A DNA stretch of 64,000 bases, taken from positions 163,858-227,857 of the forward strand of contig NMRA01000282.1 of NCBI GenBank assembly GCA_002633005.1. Reading direction: 5' to 3'. The position numbers and the translations under genes are program-made. Of this stretch, positions 23,916-37,071 are shown in pieces; position 1 is the stretch's first letter, and every line of letters begins with the position of its first letter. The DNA comes from Phoronis australis. Taxonomy: Eukaryota; Animalia; Phoronida. The notes under the pieces are model-generated. The model saw nothing but the letters and a program-made list of their open reading frames with translations, was not told the DNA's origin and made no database searches.

Positions 23916-24096
23916 CTGTATTCGACGAAACTAGAGCTGGCTTGTTACTGGTCGTCACACGAAGTCCAGCGTGAGCCGTGTAATACCTCTCCTTTTCCTT
24001 TTCTTTCGGGGTCGGCTTTTCCCTCTTCGAGCGTGATTCAGGTTTTGCGGGGTTTATCACAACACTGCCTCGCGACCTTCCGAAAACTAACCCCAT
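23916..24096 (-). CDS. TGM: Transglutaminase exon 1 (MGLVFGRSRG...LVSSNT)
   Basis: gccgacATGG start context and CAG|GTAAT donor; 181 nt, phase 1 matches the next exon. No family motif here, so the assignment rests on splice signals and phase. Confidence 0.7.
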
Positions 24097-24884
24097 GTCG
24101 GCTCCAAGGATCGAAGTGTTTGTTTGAAGCAGGGATTGAACTTCACCCGGCCGAAATGATGGATAACTCACTCTCTCTCTCTAATTTCACAAAAAGGCCA
24201 ACATCTAAGGGCCTGTTTACATGTCTAGCAATGCGTTTCTAAGGTAACTTCGCAAAAAAAATGAACCTACCGGTGCATTTGTTAAACTCAGACAGTATGA
24301 TGGATCGCCCGGGCTGATTTTGCGTATTTCGGTTAAAACGGTTGGCGGTTGGTGTGTATGAAATTGTATATCTGTACATGCGCATTTGAGAGATGACTGT
24401 TTTATTTTTGATGCGTGATGGAAAGTATGTCAAAACAGAGAAAATATGACATTGATTTAGAGGTCGTCATCAGAGTTTGGCGATCCCGCACAAGCCTTGT
24501 GTGTAGACTTACAGAGTTTTAGCATTCCCGTATAGATTAACAACCGCAAAACGGCACAGTAAAAGGACCTCATGAAGCAGCTGAGTCATCTAGCCATTGA
24601 ACAAATTTCATTCATTTTCTTGGGAATTAAAAGTTAATATTTTAACTTGCTCTAAAGTATGTACCACGCCATTGAATATGCTGTATAAACGCAATGAACA
24701 ACGTAATAAAATGATGCTAACGTTAACCAGAGCAGTACATCCACAGAAAGTAGAAATTTATGGCAATAGTTTGTGGACAGGTTTGAACGCGAGCAGTGAA
24801 CAACAGAATGCACGTTGCTATTACATGTGCACTGTATAATAAAAGGATTCGTCACGTTTTGTTACATGGCAAATGTTGTAGTGT

Positions 24885-25090
24885 GCAGGTCGCAAAGTAT
24901 TGTTTAACTTGCGAGAACCATGCGAGGGCATAAACTGGTCGCACGGTTATCAGCTATCGGGCGTGTTGATTGTTTTCCTTTGTTACATCTTTGTTGAATA
25001 TAACAATACAAGTCGCATGGATATCGCACCTTGAGCGTACATCACACGGTTACTGATGAATTTTTGTCATTATCTTTGTCATAACTACAA
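24885..25090 (+). repeat. Dispersed repeat; second copy at about 28905-29162
   Basis: ggtcgcaa(a/g)gtattgtttaa(c/t)ttgcgaga(a/t)ccatgcga...ataacaatacaagtcgcatg is shared. The second copy ends in cttgcgacc, an inverted terminus. Confidence 0.75.
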
Positions 25091-27202
25091 GAACAATGGA
25101 GACGCTAATTTACCGATCTCAATGGGACCTGGGTTAAAAAATAATTGGCACCTCTTTAATAATTTGAATGATATTATTCACATAAGAGATACGTTTGCTC
25201 AGAAACAAATTTCTGAACACCGCTGAATACCTTATCTGTGGACTTTCAAAGTAGCTTGAATAAGCGCTCACCAGTTTAGCTATGGTGGCAGTAGTGTACA
25301 TCTTACGATTTTTGTAGAATAAACAATGACCCTCTACGCGACAACGAAATATGAATAAAAAGACGTAAAATTGAACAGAATGACACGAATGTTTCTTAGT
25401 CAAATGATTTTGTGTCAAAAATACTTCGATCTATCTACGTAAATTCATTTTTTGTTTTTATTTTCGTACAACATCTGTGGGGCCCCGGAAAGACTCCGAG
25501 GGATGCCACGTTTACCGCGATCTTCCGATTGCCCGTCAGATACATGTACCCGCGGGCATCCCTTTATGAATTGCTAAAAATTTACATAGAGCTAAATTAA
25601 GTTTGTTCCGGTTTGTTTTGTGTTTTTTTTTGTAATCGAATGGGCCTTGCGATTTTTTTAATTGTTGCTCACTTGTTGGAAAAACAAAATACACCTTAGA
25701 CGAGCAAAAATATTGCGAGATTTGCTTTTTGTTTCTCATCACTCGGTAAATCATGTCGTTTCAAGCCTCGCTTACTCTTGCTTAAACGCCTTGTGCAGCT
25801 TTTCAAAGAAAAAAACACAAAACCTAGAATGAAGTTGATGCGGATGGTCATTATTTATTAGTCGGTGAGCGCATGTCTCGAAATGCGTCTGGTTACAGAC
25901 CAGGATCAATTAATGCTTTTTAGCCTAGTCTGCATTACAGATTTGAAGGACAACTGAACCGTGAGTTAACTGAAAATGCACACTGTGTGTGCTCTTAGTT
26001 CTCCAAATGTGTTGTCATTTGATGACCCAGATTGTCAAGGTTATTTTCTTTTGATAACCACCAAAGGTTATGATTTACGTGTTCTTAGTAGGCCTATCTA
26101 CGAAAGTCTTCTGATACATAGTCTTGCCCTGCAAGAATTTATTATGCGTCAGGGAAGTTTAATGCAGGCAACGTCTCTAGGAGATTTCTGTAAATATGAA
26201 ATAATCCTTCAAGAAATAGTTGGTGTTTCAATGAATCTTGACATAGGAAGATGAAATTTGGGCAGTCAGTATTAGTTACTTGCCTCCGGGGAGCAGCCAC
26301 TAGAAATTTGGATATTTGCAATGCATGGCCCTAATAAACTTTTCTCAAACTGGACACTAAAATAATGACTTTAAGCCTCATTTTTACGTTCAGAAGTAGA
26401 CGAAACTATTGGCAGAAGTTTTCGACACGTTATCTTTGTTGCATCTACTCACTCCGAGGCGATTTTTCTCTCCCCGTATTTCTCGAGATTTTGAAGCTTG
26501 CGGTAGTGGATTCTTACGCCACTTTTATACCCCTAAACAATGATTTCGGCAGGACATCTTTATCCACCCTAGTAATACAAAATTCATAAAAGATGCCTCT
26601 TAAAGGTCACAATCATACTCTTACCACGTAACGTGCTCAGGCCTAAAGTGTTCCTTTCATGAGGCTGACTCAACGGGGTTTACCCCAAAAATCAAAGTTC
26701 TCTCGCCCATGGCGAGGGCGGTGTGAAATTGGCGACGACTAGTGGGACTGAAATTATGGCGATAGGGAGGAATCTTCAAGTTAATTTGGGCACCACCGGG
26801 GCAAAAGTTTGTGCAGACCCCTAACCTCTCCTATAATGTTTAGCTTCCCTACGTGTTTTGTTTTGAGAATCGGCCATGGATTTAATCGGTTAATTAGTCA
26901 AAGAAACATTATAAACTTTTTAGAACCAGTTTACCATTTACGCTTAAAACCAGCGAGAAGTGAGAGTCATTGTTAAGCTATTTCTGAGAGACGGAAGAGG
27001 AATGCAGACTCATTCTTCTGTTTACCATACCGAGCAAGCTCGAGATTTCTGAAAATGTTCAACTCATCTTGCACGGCAGTACAGCGCTCGACTTTATTCC
27101 GAAATGCTTATACTATAGAAATCTACTCCTCCATTGCGCTGCGGTTGTTAGCCTTCACTGAGGAGACATTGGCTTTTCACGTTCGTTTTGATCAACAATA
27201 TA

Positions 27203-27797
27203 TGATGGGCCGTTGCGGGGAAAGTGTCGCCGAAAAAATGCGAGCGTAATCATGTACATTACCCCGTTATTAACGCCGTAAAATTACGAGCACAATTTAA
27301 TTCTTTACGAAGTAAAATTACGCTCGTAATTTCGTTTAAACTCTTAGCCAATGACGTTCGGTTTTTTCAACTCACGGTCGCGCGCGCTCATGTAAATACT
27401 TATTTACTGACGGGTTACATGTCTACGCAACGAGCACTGAATCATGGAGGATCAAATAGCTGCTGCAATGTCAGCGATTGTGCTAGAACGAGCTGCCCAG
27501 CAACAGTCGTGTATGTTATGTTAACAATGATTGGTCTAAATTTGGAACGTTCTTAAGGTATTTTACGAGCGTAATTTACGGCGACATTTCCTCCATTTAA
27601 TTTACGGGCGTAATTTTACTGCAAAACTTTTGCAATTCAGTAATTTATGCTCGTAATTACGAGCGTAATTTTACGGCGAAACTTATTCCATTTAATTTAC
27701 GAGAGTAACTGTACGGCGACACTCCTGCAATTTAATTTACATTCGTAATTACGAGCGTAATTTTACGGTGACACTTTCCCCTCAACGGCCCACAATA
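27203..27797. mobile_element. MITE with about 45-bp inverted termini and internal TTACG/CGTAA repeats
   Basis: tgggccgttgcggggaaagtgtcgccg at the left vs cggtgacactttcccctcaacggccca at the right. Confidence 0.8.
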
Positions 27798-30700
27798 ACA
27801 ATACACACAGCCAGCATCGGCATTCTTCACGGAGTCAAGCAATAAACTCCTGATGAGGTCGCCTTATCAATGACACTAACTTTGAGTAGAATCTTTGGTT
27901 AGGAATCGGTGACTTACAAAATTTCACATGTTGCTGTTTTTAGCTCTGACAAAGCCAATAACTTTTATGACAAGAAATCAATCCTATACCAAAAAAGCCC
28001 CCGAAGCGTTTTTCGGCAGTAAAATAGTGTCCGTTCAACGGTCTTATCTGTTAAAAAAGCAAAGAACGTTAAAACTCGTCAAAATATCTTTTAAAAAATT
28101 CCCCACCAAAGTACCATCTCCCAATGCTTACTGCAAAACTATTCACTTTCCCCTGTGAGGGAATTGCCAGAAAAAGTCACGAAGTTCGTGTTTTTGAAAA
28201 CTCTGTTTTTACCCCAGAGTTTCTAATCTCCCTTCCACTTATGATAAAGGCGCCCATGCGCTGACTAACAAGATGGATATTAATAGCAGATTATAATGTT
28301 AGAACGCCCTCCGAATCTGAGGTCGACAGCACAGTATGAGGCAAGTCACTGAAGCAAGCAATTTTCGAAAAATACTTCCAAGCGCATTTTAGAATATATT
28401 TGAATGCTGCGATACCTTTATAACTAATTTCAAACGGCTAGGATTTGCATCAATTCCCTCTTAATCAGATTGGTTGCTGCTTGAAGTCGCCAATGTTTTG
28501 TTTACGTCAAAGGTCAAAGGTCATATTTTCCATATAAGGGAAATGCGCAATGCTTTGACATCAAAAGAAATTCACATCTTTACGTACAAACCGTAAAAAT
28601 ACCTGCTGAGTGGCAGAGAACCACTTAGAATAATGCAATTTAGCGTTCCAGGCCTTTTCATCATCCAATTCCTTTCAAGACATGATCGTAAACAACCTGC
28701 ACTATTAGTTTATCATTAAAGAACCCCACATGCGCAAAATGTTGTATTTTTGAAAGCAGTCAAAGGAGCAGAGAAAGCAGACGATCGGGAAGTTTACATT
28801 TTTTGAAAATAGAGGTGGGTTTAAAGCAGGAATGTTCATATTGAATATAATTAATTTAATTACTACTTGTCAGGAAATTCTCATGCCAAATAACGTCGTA
28901 TGGAGGTCGCAAGGTATTGTTTAATTTGCGAGATCCATGCGACGCGCTTACGCCCGTCGCATGGTTATCGCCTATGGAACACATCCATTGTTTTCCTTTG
29001 TTGCGTCTTGGTTGGACATAACAATACAAGTCGCATGTATATCGTACCTTGGGCGCACATCAGCCGATAAATGTTTGCCGTTATCTCTATTATGAGAAAG
29101 AAAAGGAAAGTGAACAACGGATACCCCTATCTATCGACATCTATGCGACGAGCTTGCGACCTTGTTTCCTGTGGGTCACAGCGACATTTAGTGAACTACA
29201 TTCCGAGTGTCAATCGTGGGTATTCGCTTTCAAAAGCCTCGAGATGAAAAAAATTAGCCTCCTGATTGATTTTTCTCTCAGGTGACACCATTCGGAAGCT
29301 CAACGAAATGTGTTGGGTTACATCGTGCTGTCTTTTGCAGAAATACTAGGTCCGTTCATGCGACTATTTCTTGAGAAATTTGTACCGGATTTTACGGAAT
29401 CGAAATTCCAGAAAAATATGATCGCATGAACGCAAAAATTATGTAATTTTTATATCTCCCAAATTTGTTCCCGGAAAAACTCAAGCGCGCAAAAATATGA
29501 AGATGTGCAGCTAAGAGTAAGCATTCTCGCCTGTTTGTACAATTTATTTGGTAATTGACACTTCAGGCTGCCTCTCTGTACATTGATACATACGCACGAC
29601 CTAGGGAATTTCGCATTTCAAGATGAAATAACGCAGACAATACGGTACAATATTTATTGTTACGCATTCATAGTTATTTGATATCTGTGTAAATGGGCTT
29701 GAGGTCTAAACGTTGAAATAAGCTGTGTTCACTGTCGTCGAGGGTAGCTTTTGTCCGTAAGAACGTGAGCTGTAAAAACGTATTTCTCGCCACGTGAGCT
29801 CTGTCCGGGGTCCGGAGTCTAATCTTTGTACTCGAAATCGACCAAGAAAACATTTTTGGCATTTTCCGTTCTACTAAAACACGAATTCAACATAAATGTC
29901 AATTATTCGACCTTCAAGTACATTATGGTATACGCAGATAAGATTCCAGTTTAAGTTCAAACTCCTATATTCGACCTACAAACTCGAGTAAGAACTGAGA
30001 TTTCAAGTGAAACTTAAACTTTTCATGCCAAGGTCATCAAGTGAAAATTATGATAGCACAGTCATCCAAGTAATACGATAACATACTTGAGCACCGAATT
30101 ATAGACACTTGTCATGAGTTTAAATAGAACGCAGAATATCAAAAATAATTTCGAGTTCAATTTCGAGCACAAAGGTTAGACTCTAGGCCCAGGATTGAAG
30201 CGAAATCTGTTTAAAGGAGCATGCCACCCAAAAAACAACCTAATTTGTATCAATTTAGATCGAGTAGTTCTACTCCATAACGACGCGTTCGGTTGCGTTA
30301 CCTGACACCTGACGGCAGACGGAGGTGTTGAAATTATCCAATGACGTCAACGGTTTCACACGCAGTCAGTTCAGCAGTTCACAACACGGGTTACTGGTGT
30401 CAGCTTATCGCTTAAAGTCATCGTTTAACACCAATAAATCATCAAACTTCGATATAAAACTCTTAAAAATAAACCGAGTTCTTATAAAAACGTGATGTTT
30501 TATTTCGCTCTTACGGATTTATTGGTACTTGGACACACCGTAGCCTACAAAGTTCGGCAGGCCAATAAGGTCCGTAGTACTTATTAGGAGGGTTGGCATT
30601 CGTTGTAAGTCAATCTTGGTGCCATTTCCGTGACCAATCACGAGCAACATTAGATCGGAGCCATCTAGTCTCTGTTGCTCGCTGGTTCCCTGCTTGATTC

Positions 30701-32644
30701 TAGGTGGTCAGTAGCCAGCACGCGCTGGCTAGATACGTAGGGGACCAGCGAGGACTCTGTTGTGGCGCAGCCTAAGAGCGTGCACACACGAAGCCGACGC
30801 CGAGATCTTAGCTGCCCACGTCAAACTATGAGCTGAACTTCAAAACTGAGCACCTCCCGGTGTCTTCTTCCCCAACAGTCGTCATCACAAACTAAAGCAA
30901 ATGACTGGATGTCTATCTTTTCGTTGCTTCCTACACAAATTCACAATTTTAGCACGTGGCACAAGGATATTTTTAAGGTGTACTGTATAGAAGAAGAATC
31001 GTACCTCATTTATATTTTTATTTCAAACAATGTCCACCTTTGTGGCAACACGTCCGCATGTTCTAAACTGATGTCCGTCACACCCCTATTAAAACAATTA
31101 ATTGTGCGGTAAATATATTTTAATTTTTAATAAACAAAGATCAGAAGAGTTGGTACCTCAACACTGAAATACAACAAATGGATCTTATACTCAAAATTTA
31201 ACTGCACTTTTTAATACATCCACCTTACATTTGCAACTGTTTTCAATTTGGTTTATTCAGATCTTCCTCAAATATATAACATTTTTTTTCTAAATGGATG
31301 TAAAGAACTCGACTTAATGAAAATAACGTTTTATTCGAAATATTATCAAAATTTCTTTTGAATATTAAATCTCTTTTCGTGAGTCGATAAAATCGTATAC
31401 ATGTAAAATAACTTAATGTGTATGAAAATGACTTATTTACATTCGTAATCACATGTCATTATAATCTAACATCAATTTATTAATTTATGTACAGTTGTTT
31501 TTGTGTATAATAATTGTATATAGATTTCTTTGTATTCATTTAACTCAGATACAATGACTCTTAGCGCTGAATATTTCATAACAAACATTAAAAAATTGGT
31601 TTCTGGAAGTTGATAATTTCGGAGTTTTTAATACCGTGTGGTCGCTCTCGTATTCCTGAAATTTTGTGGATTTTTTTCTGAAATTGTTTCGCAAAAAAAT
31701 TCTCGCATTAACGGGGGCTGCGACAGAATTGGTATCAAATTTCAAAATACGTTTTAAATTGTCGAAAACTATGGGCGAAAGAGAATTAGTACCGGACAAT
31801 GTTTGAAAGTCATATTTGCAAATACTGTGAGTGAAATCTTCAAATGTATGATTTATGTTAAACGATTTATGTTAAATTCAGTGACGGTATGTGCGCTAAA
31901 CATGTGTCAACGAAAATAATACTATGTGTACATTGATGAATTCACGCTTTGCTGGTGAATTTTTATGAGTTTTACTAATTTACTAATGACACTTATATAT
32001 GACTTCAAATGCGTGGTATTGGTCTACAAGCGGAGACTTTACAAATGAAGATTGCGCATATCAATAAAAAGTGTTGCAGGATTCTTTGTCCATTTTGTGC
32101 ATCAAGTTGACTGTTTTGTTAGTAAACTGCAACAGCAAAAACATATGTGAACTGCGTGCATGTGTGTGAGCGTGTGCGCGCGTGTGCGTGCGTGTTATAC
32201 AACCTACATGTTTTATCGGTGATTATTATGTCTAGTTTCGTGATATTCAAAAGTATTTGAACAAGGACGAAGAGTCTTATTAATCTGGACTAGCTGAATG
32301 CCATAGACCTAAATTACGTTCGTCGTGGGGCCAAGGGGCACGCGTAAGTAGATGGCCTGTTGTGAATTTTTAAGTACAGTTATTAAAATGCAAATATCTA
32401 CCTAAGTTGGGAATGCGAATGTTTGTGCAGGTCACGTGAACAGAACAGAGGGTGGTTCTGTGATTCTTTTATAATCCAGGTATGTCTCGTAACAACCTAG
32501 GATCAATAGTACTTCCAGGTAATAACCGGTAGAAAAGTTTCTTTGAAGCGGATAAAAACACAAAAAACGATTTTTGACTTGGACCACTTAAAATATGCAT
32601 GTTTTCGAAATTTAAAGTTGCAATCGTATGTTTGAGTGTGAGGG

Positions 32645-32665
32645 TATGTGTGTGTGCGTGCGCGC

Positions 32666-32696
<31 letters not shown>

Positions 32697-32740
32697 TGGT
32701 GTGGGTGTGCGCGCGCGCGTGTGTGTGTGGGTGTGGGTGG
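32645..32740. repeat. Compound (TG)n(CG)n microsatellite
   Basis: Directly visible alternating purine-pyrimidine tract including about 10 consecutive CG; a shorter tract lies at 32152-32195. Confidence 0.95.
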
Positions 32741-34619
32741 CAAACCCTGTCGAAAGGTGGCGCTCTTGCATGAAGAAAACAAGGACATAAAAATCACAAT
32801 TTTTTTAACAAAATGCTTCAGGTTTTCGAGTGTAAACAAGCCGTGTTCCGTAATAAATCATAGTTTGTGCAGTTGCTTCTGAAACCAATGAAATAATGGG
32901 TAAGAACTTCATGGTGTTGTTTTGGAAAAACAACTATCCCGTTGAAGAAAGCTGGTGTTTTAACATTAGAACGCAATTTATTATAACGCCCAAGCTGTGG
33001 TAATATTGACAAAATCCAACTGGATTTGAGATAATGGGTTTAAAGGGAACTTACCGGGCTTACGACTGAAAACGCATGATTGTGATTATTGGTGTGTTAG
33101 ACTCATTAGCTTTGAACAAAGCTATAACATAAGAGAATCCGTGAGTTTTTTGAGATTTTATTACAAATAGCCATTTCTCGCCTTTGTTTACCAGATATTC
33201 GTCGAAATCATGCTAGTGTCCACCATTTTAGAAAATACTAAGGTATTTACCGCGTTTGGTTAGACTCAGCGACAGATGTACGGCTGCGCCCTGGTTGAGG
33301 AAGATGTGGCGGTTTCGAATCCGCGCAACTACTAATTTCTGTGAATATATGGGCCTTAAATGACATTAAAGGATTTACTGATATACAATCAGCTTCGTAG
33401 GTATAGTTTGTTTGACCACGTAACAATGGTATCCGGCTTTATGCAGTTTCTTTAAATTGAAACATGTATAGCCAGAATGACGTTTTCCTAGGCAATTGCA
33501 CTATACATTTTCCCATAATTCGTCATTCAAGATGTACTCTTTCTGTTACTTCTGGCCACAGCAGCTCGGGAATCATGCTGAACAACAAGACTACTTTAGT
33601 AAAAAATAATTTCTGAAATATGTCACGAATTCGCTAACAGTTTTTGGCTTACCTTTCGGATGCTATTATCACAATAAGCAAAATACGAAGAGAGCTAAGT
33701 TTGATGACGAAAGACACCGTTTGTGCTTTATGTTATTTTGGTGTAATGTTCGGCCTGTTCACGACACGAGAATTTACCAAGATTGCTACTCCGCATGAGA
33801 CTTCCACAAAATAGCATCTGTTGCTACAAAGGTTGCAGCAGAAACAGTAAAGATGTATAAAGCGTATCGGATGAAAATGAAAATAATGCAGGTTTCTGTT
33901 ACTTCTATTTCACCAAATAACGTTGTCTTAATCAAAGTCGCCACATTTTCACTCCTTACCGAAAGCGAGTTCCGTAACGTAAGACACTAACGAAAATTGT
34001 TGACTTATGGAGATTGTGACTTTACTCCTTTGATTCCGCTGTCCTATCACTACGTTGACGTCATTTTGCTAGCCTACTCATGGAACACCTGACCTTGCTA
34101 AACTCGCATTAACGTTCTCAACGGTACGCATTACTGCATATCAATACAAACGCGAAAGTTTCATTAATGCTCGCTCTTATCAATGCTACCGAAGTGTTTT
34201 ATGCGTTCTCGCCAAAATGAGGAAAGAAAAACCGTAGTCGGAAATATTAAGCGTATTGTGTAATTTTCATGTTGTTCCTTAAGTACTCTTGACAAATTTC
34301 GCAACCACTAATTCTTGGTTTACTTCAAGTTCCCAAGTTTGAGTAGCAAATCTCTGCTGCATCATGTCACAACTGCGTTCGCATGTGTATCACCAACCGG
34401 TGTGACGTTCGTTAGTACACGTTTTTTGTTGAAAAAAGTCTCGTCGAATGCCTCATTCACGTCTCAGCTTTGCTTAGAGATTCATCCGCATACGTCCATT
34501 CAATGGATTTGAAAGAGTCACAAGATATACCTACACTGTGCCGATTTGTCCCAATACTAAGAGAATTCGAAATGGTACTATTTGTCGTAAATCGTCCAGT
34601 TCTTTTAACTTCCGTAGAC

Positions 34620-34851
34620 TTACTGGCCCGTATCAAGACCAGTTTTCTTATTGTTGTCATTTACAGTATTTTTAGAATCCTCTTCAGTGGCATCGTTGCT
34701 TCCCTTCATCATGACGCTGACAAATTCCTCATAATCTACTTTCCCGTCCCCGTTCTCGTCTGCCTCCGCGATCATGTCGTCGATTTCATCGGCTGTAAGC
34801 TCCTCACCTAATGCCGTAAGAATTTGCCTTAACTGGTCGGAGTTGATGTAC
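34620..34851 (-). CDS. Calmodulin/troponin-C-like gene exon 4 (end of EF3, EF4, C-terminal tail)
   Basis: Translated by hand: [76 protein letters not shown]; ttccag acceptor. Confidence 0.93.
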
Positions 34852-36950
34852 CTGGAATATAAGACGTGTTTAGAATTTTAAAATGTTTTACGTGTTATCT
34901 TTTTTAATTATAAATCATTTTAGACCTTGATAACATAAACAGAATCTATATACATTTTGTAAGTGACGTCATGGGTTAACGAAAGGGCGAAGTTTATAGA
35001 ATATTAACGTACTGACGAATATTTACGTACCAAAATGTGATCTTATACGGTAACGGTCTTTAGAGAATGAAATAAGCCTACTTATTATTACGAGACTTTC
35101 ATTTTGGTTGACGTTTCTCTAAGTAGTTACGATCGTGAAAATATCCAGGTAGTTCGTTATTTAGACTTTCATCATATAAATTTCAAACAAAAATAAATAA
35201 ATCGACGTTGCTTTCAAGACACAGTGATTTACACGTCTGCTTACTGTACGCTTTGAGGCTGTTGGTCTTATCTTGTTCCTTTCTCAGATTTTTAAAACTG
35301 TTTCTTCGATCGAACAGACAGTGCATAAACTAATACACATGTCTGTCTGGAAATCGAAAACATTATATGCAGGCAGTGGTTCGCAAAGACCACGGTCGGC
35401 GCATAAAATGACACGCAACCAACTTGTAGAGACTGGGTCTCAAGCAATAACGAACTCTCAGTCTTTAAATCACCTACAAGTGCAATTTCAGCGAAATGTC
35501 GTCATGTTTAGCCTTTTACTCTCATAAAATATGTCTCATGATATTCCTTACCGTAATAGGATTCCGTTTCCGTTACCAACTCAATGCTCAGGCGCACATG
35601 CGCAATAAGCCCAAAAAGTTTGAAGCGTTTTCTAATCTTGAGTCGCTGATAGTTTCGATATTCCTCTTGGTAACGGAAACAGAATCCTGTCACAATATGG
35701 GTGTAAAAGGCCTAATTCGATTTTCATTCTTAACCAGCTAAACAGGGCGAAATGCAGCTTCAAAATGTACTTGTTCTTGAAGCCGCCAGGGGACAGGAGC
35801 AGTTGAAACTGCATACAGAATTGTTTTTACATTGCCTACAGTGTACGTTAAGGTTATGTAGAAGCCTAGAAAAGTGTTCAAATTTGGTAAACCTAAGAAC
35901 CTCATGTCTCAAAAATGGCTGCTCGGATTCATGTGAAACTGTCAGATACTATGTTTTATGCACTGTTCTCGAAAACGCCGGTAGGAATCGTTTTTAAATT
36001 GTTCCACTCTTCCATGAGAGGATTTTAAGTAATAGGACTTCGATGATATTCGTGAAAAACTTTCTTAAGTTGCATAAAACGAAAACGAAACGATATTTTG
36101 GTAAACCGAAACAGCGGTTTTGACATCTCATCTTCGTCATTTATATCAATCAAAATTTGTTCATTTTTTACGTATTGATACCCTTGTTTTGCTATCATTG
36201 TACATTTCCTTTTTGGCACATTTTACTAAAAAAAACATGGTCATGTGACCCAATTAATGGCAGATTGGTAAAAAGTCAAGAAAATGAAAAAGTACAGGCT
36301 TTCTGACTTCAGATAATAATTTTACTGAGTTTTAGATAAATAGTTTGTTATCATACCTTGAAGCCAGATTACACCACCATTGATGAGAGAGGATACATGT
36401 AACTCAATCAATGAACGGGAACAATAAACAATTGACGATGGGGACCAGTTTCCAGCATATTTGACTAATTTTTTAACAATAGAAGGTCACAGCAATTTAA
36501 CGATTTCTTAAATTTATGTTTGTTGGAATACGCCCAAGATCAGACTGCCAGGGTTAAAATCTATATTTTGCAGATGTGTGACTGAACACATATTCTTATC
36601 AACAGAAACCGTTAGCATTTCTCTATAATGGTGTTGGTAGCCGAAGGGGGGTCGGACAACAGCCCCCCCCCCCTTCCCTCCCCTGCACCTTTTCAGATAG
36701 TTCCTCTCACCGCGCCCTGGGACACTCAGTCGAGGATCCAGGATCGTGGTCACAGGGGTACGGAAATAGACAAAGAAACCGGTCACTTCTCAGCTAAACA
36801 AAAGTGGCCCAACAGACGGATCCAAACGCTCTGGATACCCCGCCCCCTTTTGGATGCTCGCCTGGCACTCCTGGGCGAAATAGTTCTAACAAAGGAAAAG
36901 CTAACAATTCCCGGTAATCAACCAATTCCTAGAACCGAAACTCTACCTAC

Positions 36951-37071
36951 CCATTATCTTCCGGATCAAATAGTTTGAACGCTTCCTTTAGTTCATCTTC
37001 TTGAGTTTCGTAAGTACTGCCATACCTCGCCACTAGCTCCACGAATTCCTGGAAATCTATCTCTCCGCTGC
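36951..37071 (-). CDS. Calmodulin/troponin-C-like gene exon 3
   Basis: GSGEIDFQEFVELVARYGSTYETQEDELKEAFKLFDPEDN; ttccag acceptor, GG|GTAGGT donor. Confidence 0.95.

Larger units (their letters stand above)
1..24096 (-). other. TGM: Transglutaminase gene (protein-glutamine gamma-glutamyltransferase, invertebrate TGM1/F13A-like); 12 coding exons visible, 3' end outside the window
   Basis: Twelve exons join in frame through GT-AG introns (1721 coding nt). Motifs: FNPWC, PWNFGQFE, GVLx[57 protein letters not shown], DITxQYKxxEG. Confidence 0.97.

Noticed and set aside
32469-32882. ORFs with HTHT/RARA/VCVC runs
   Set aside because: Translations of the microsatellite.
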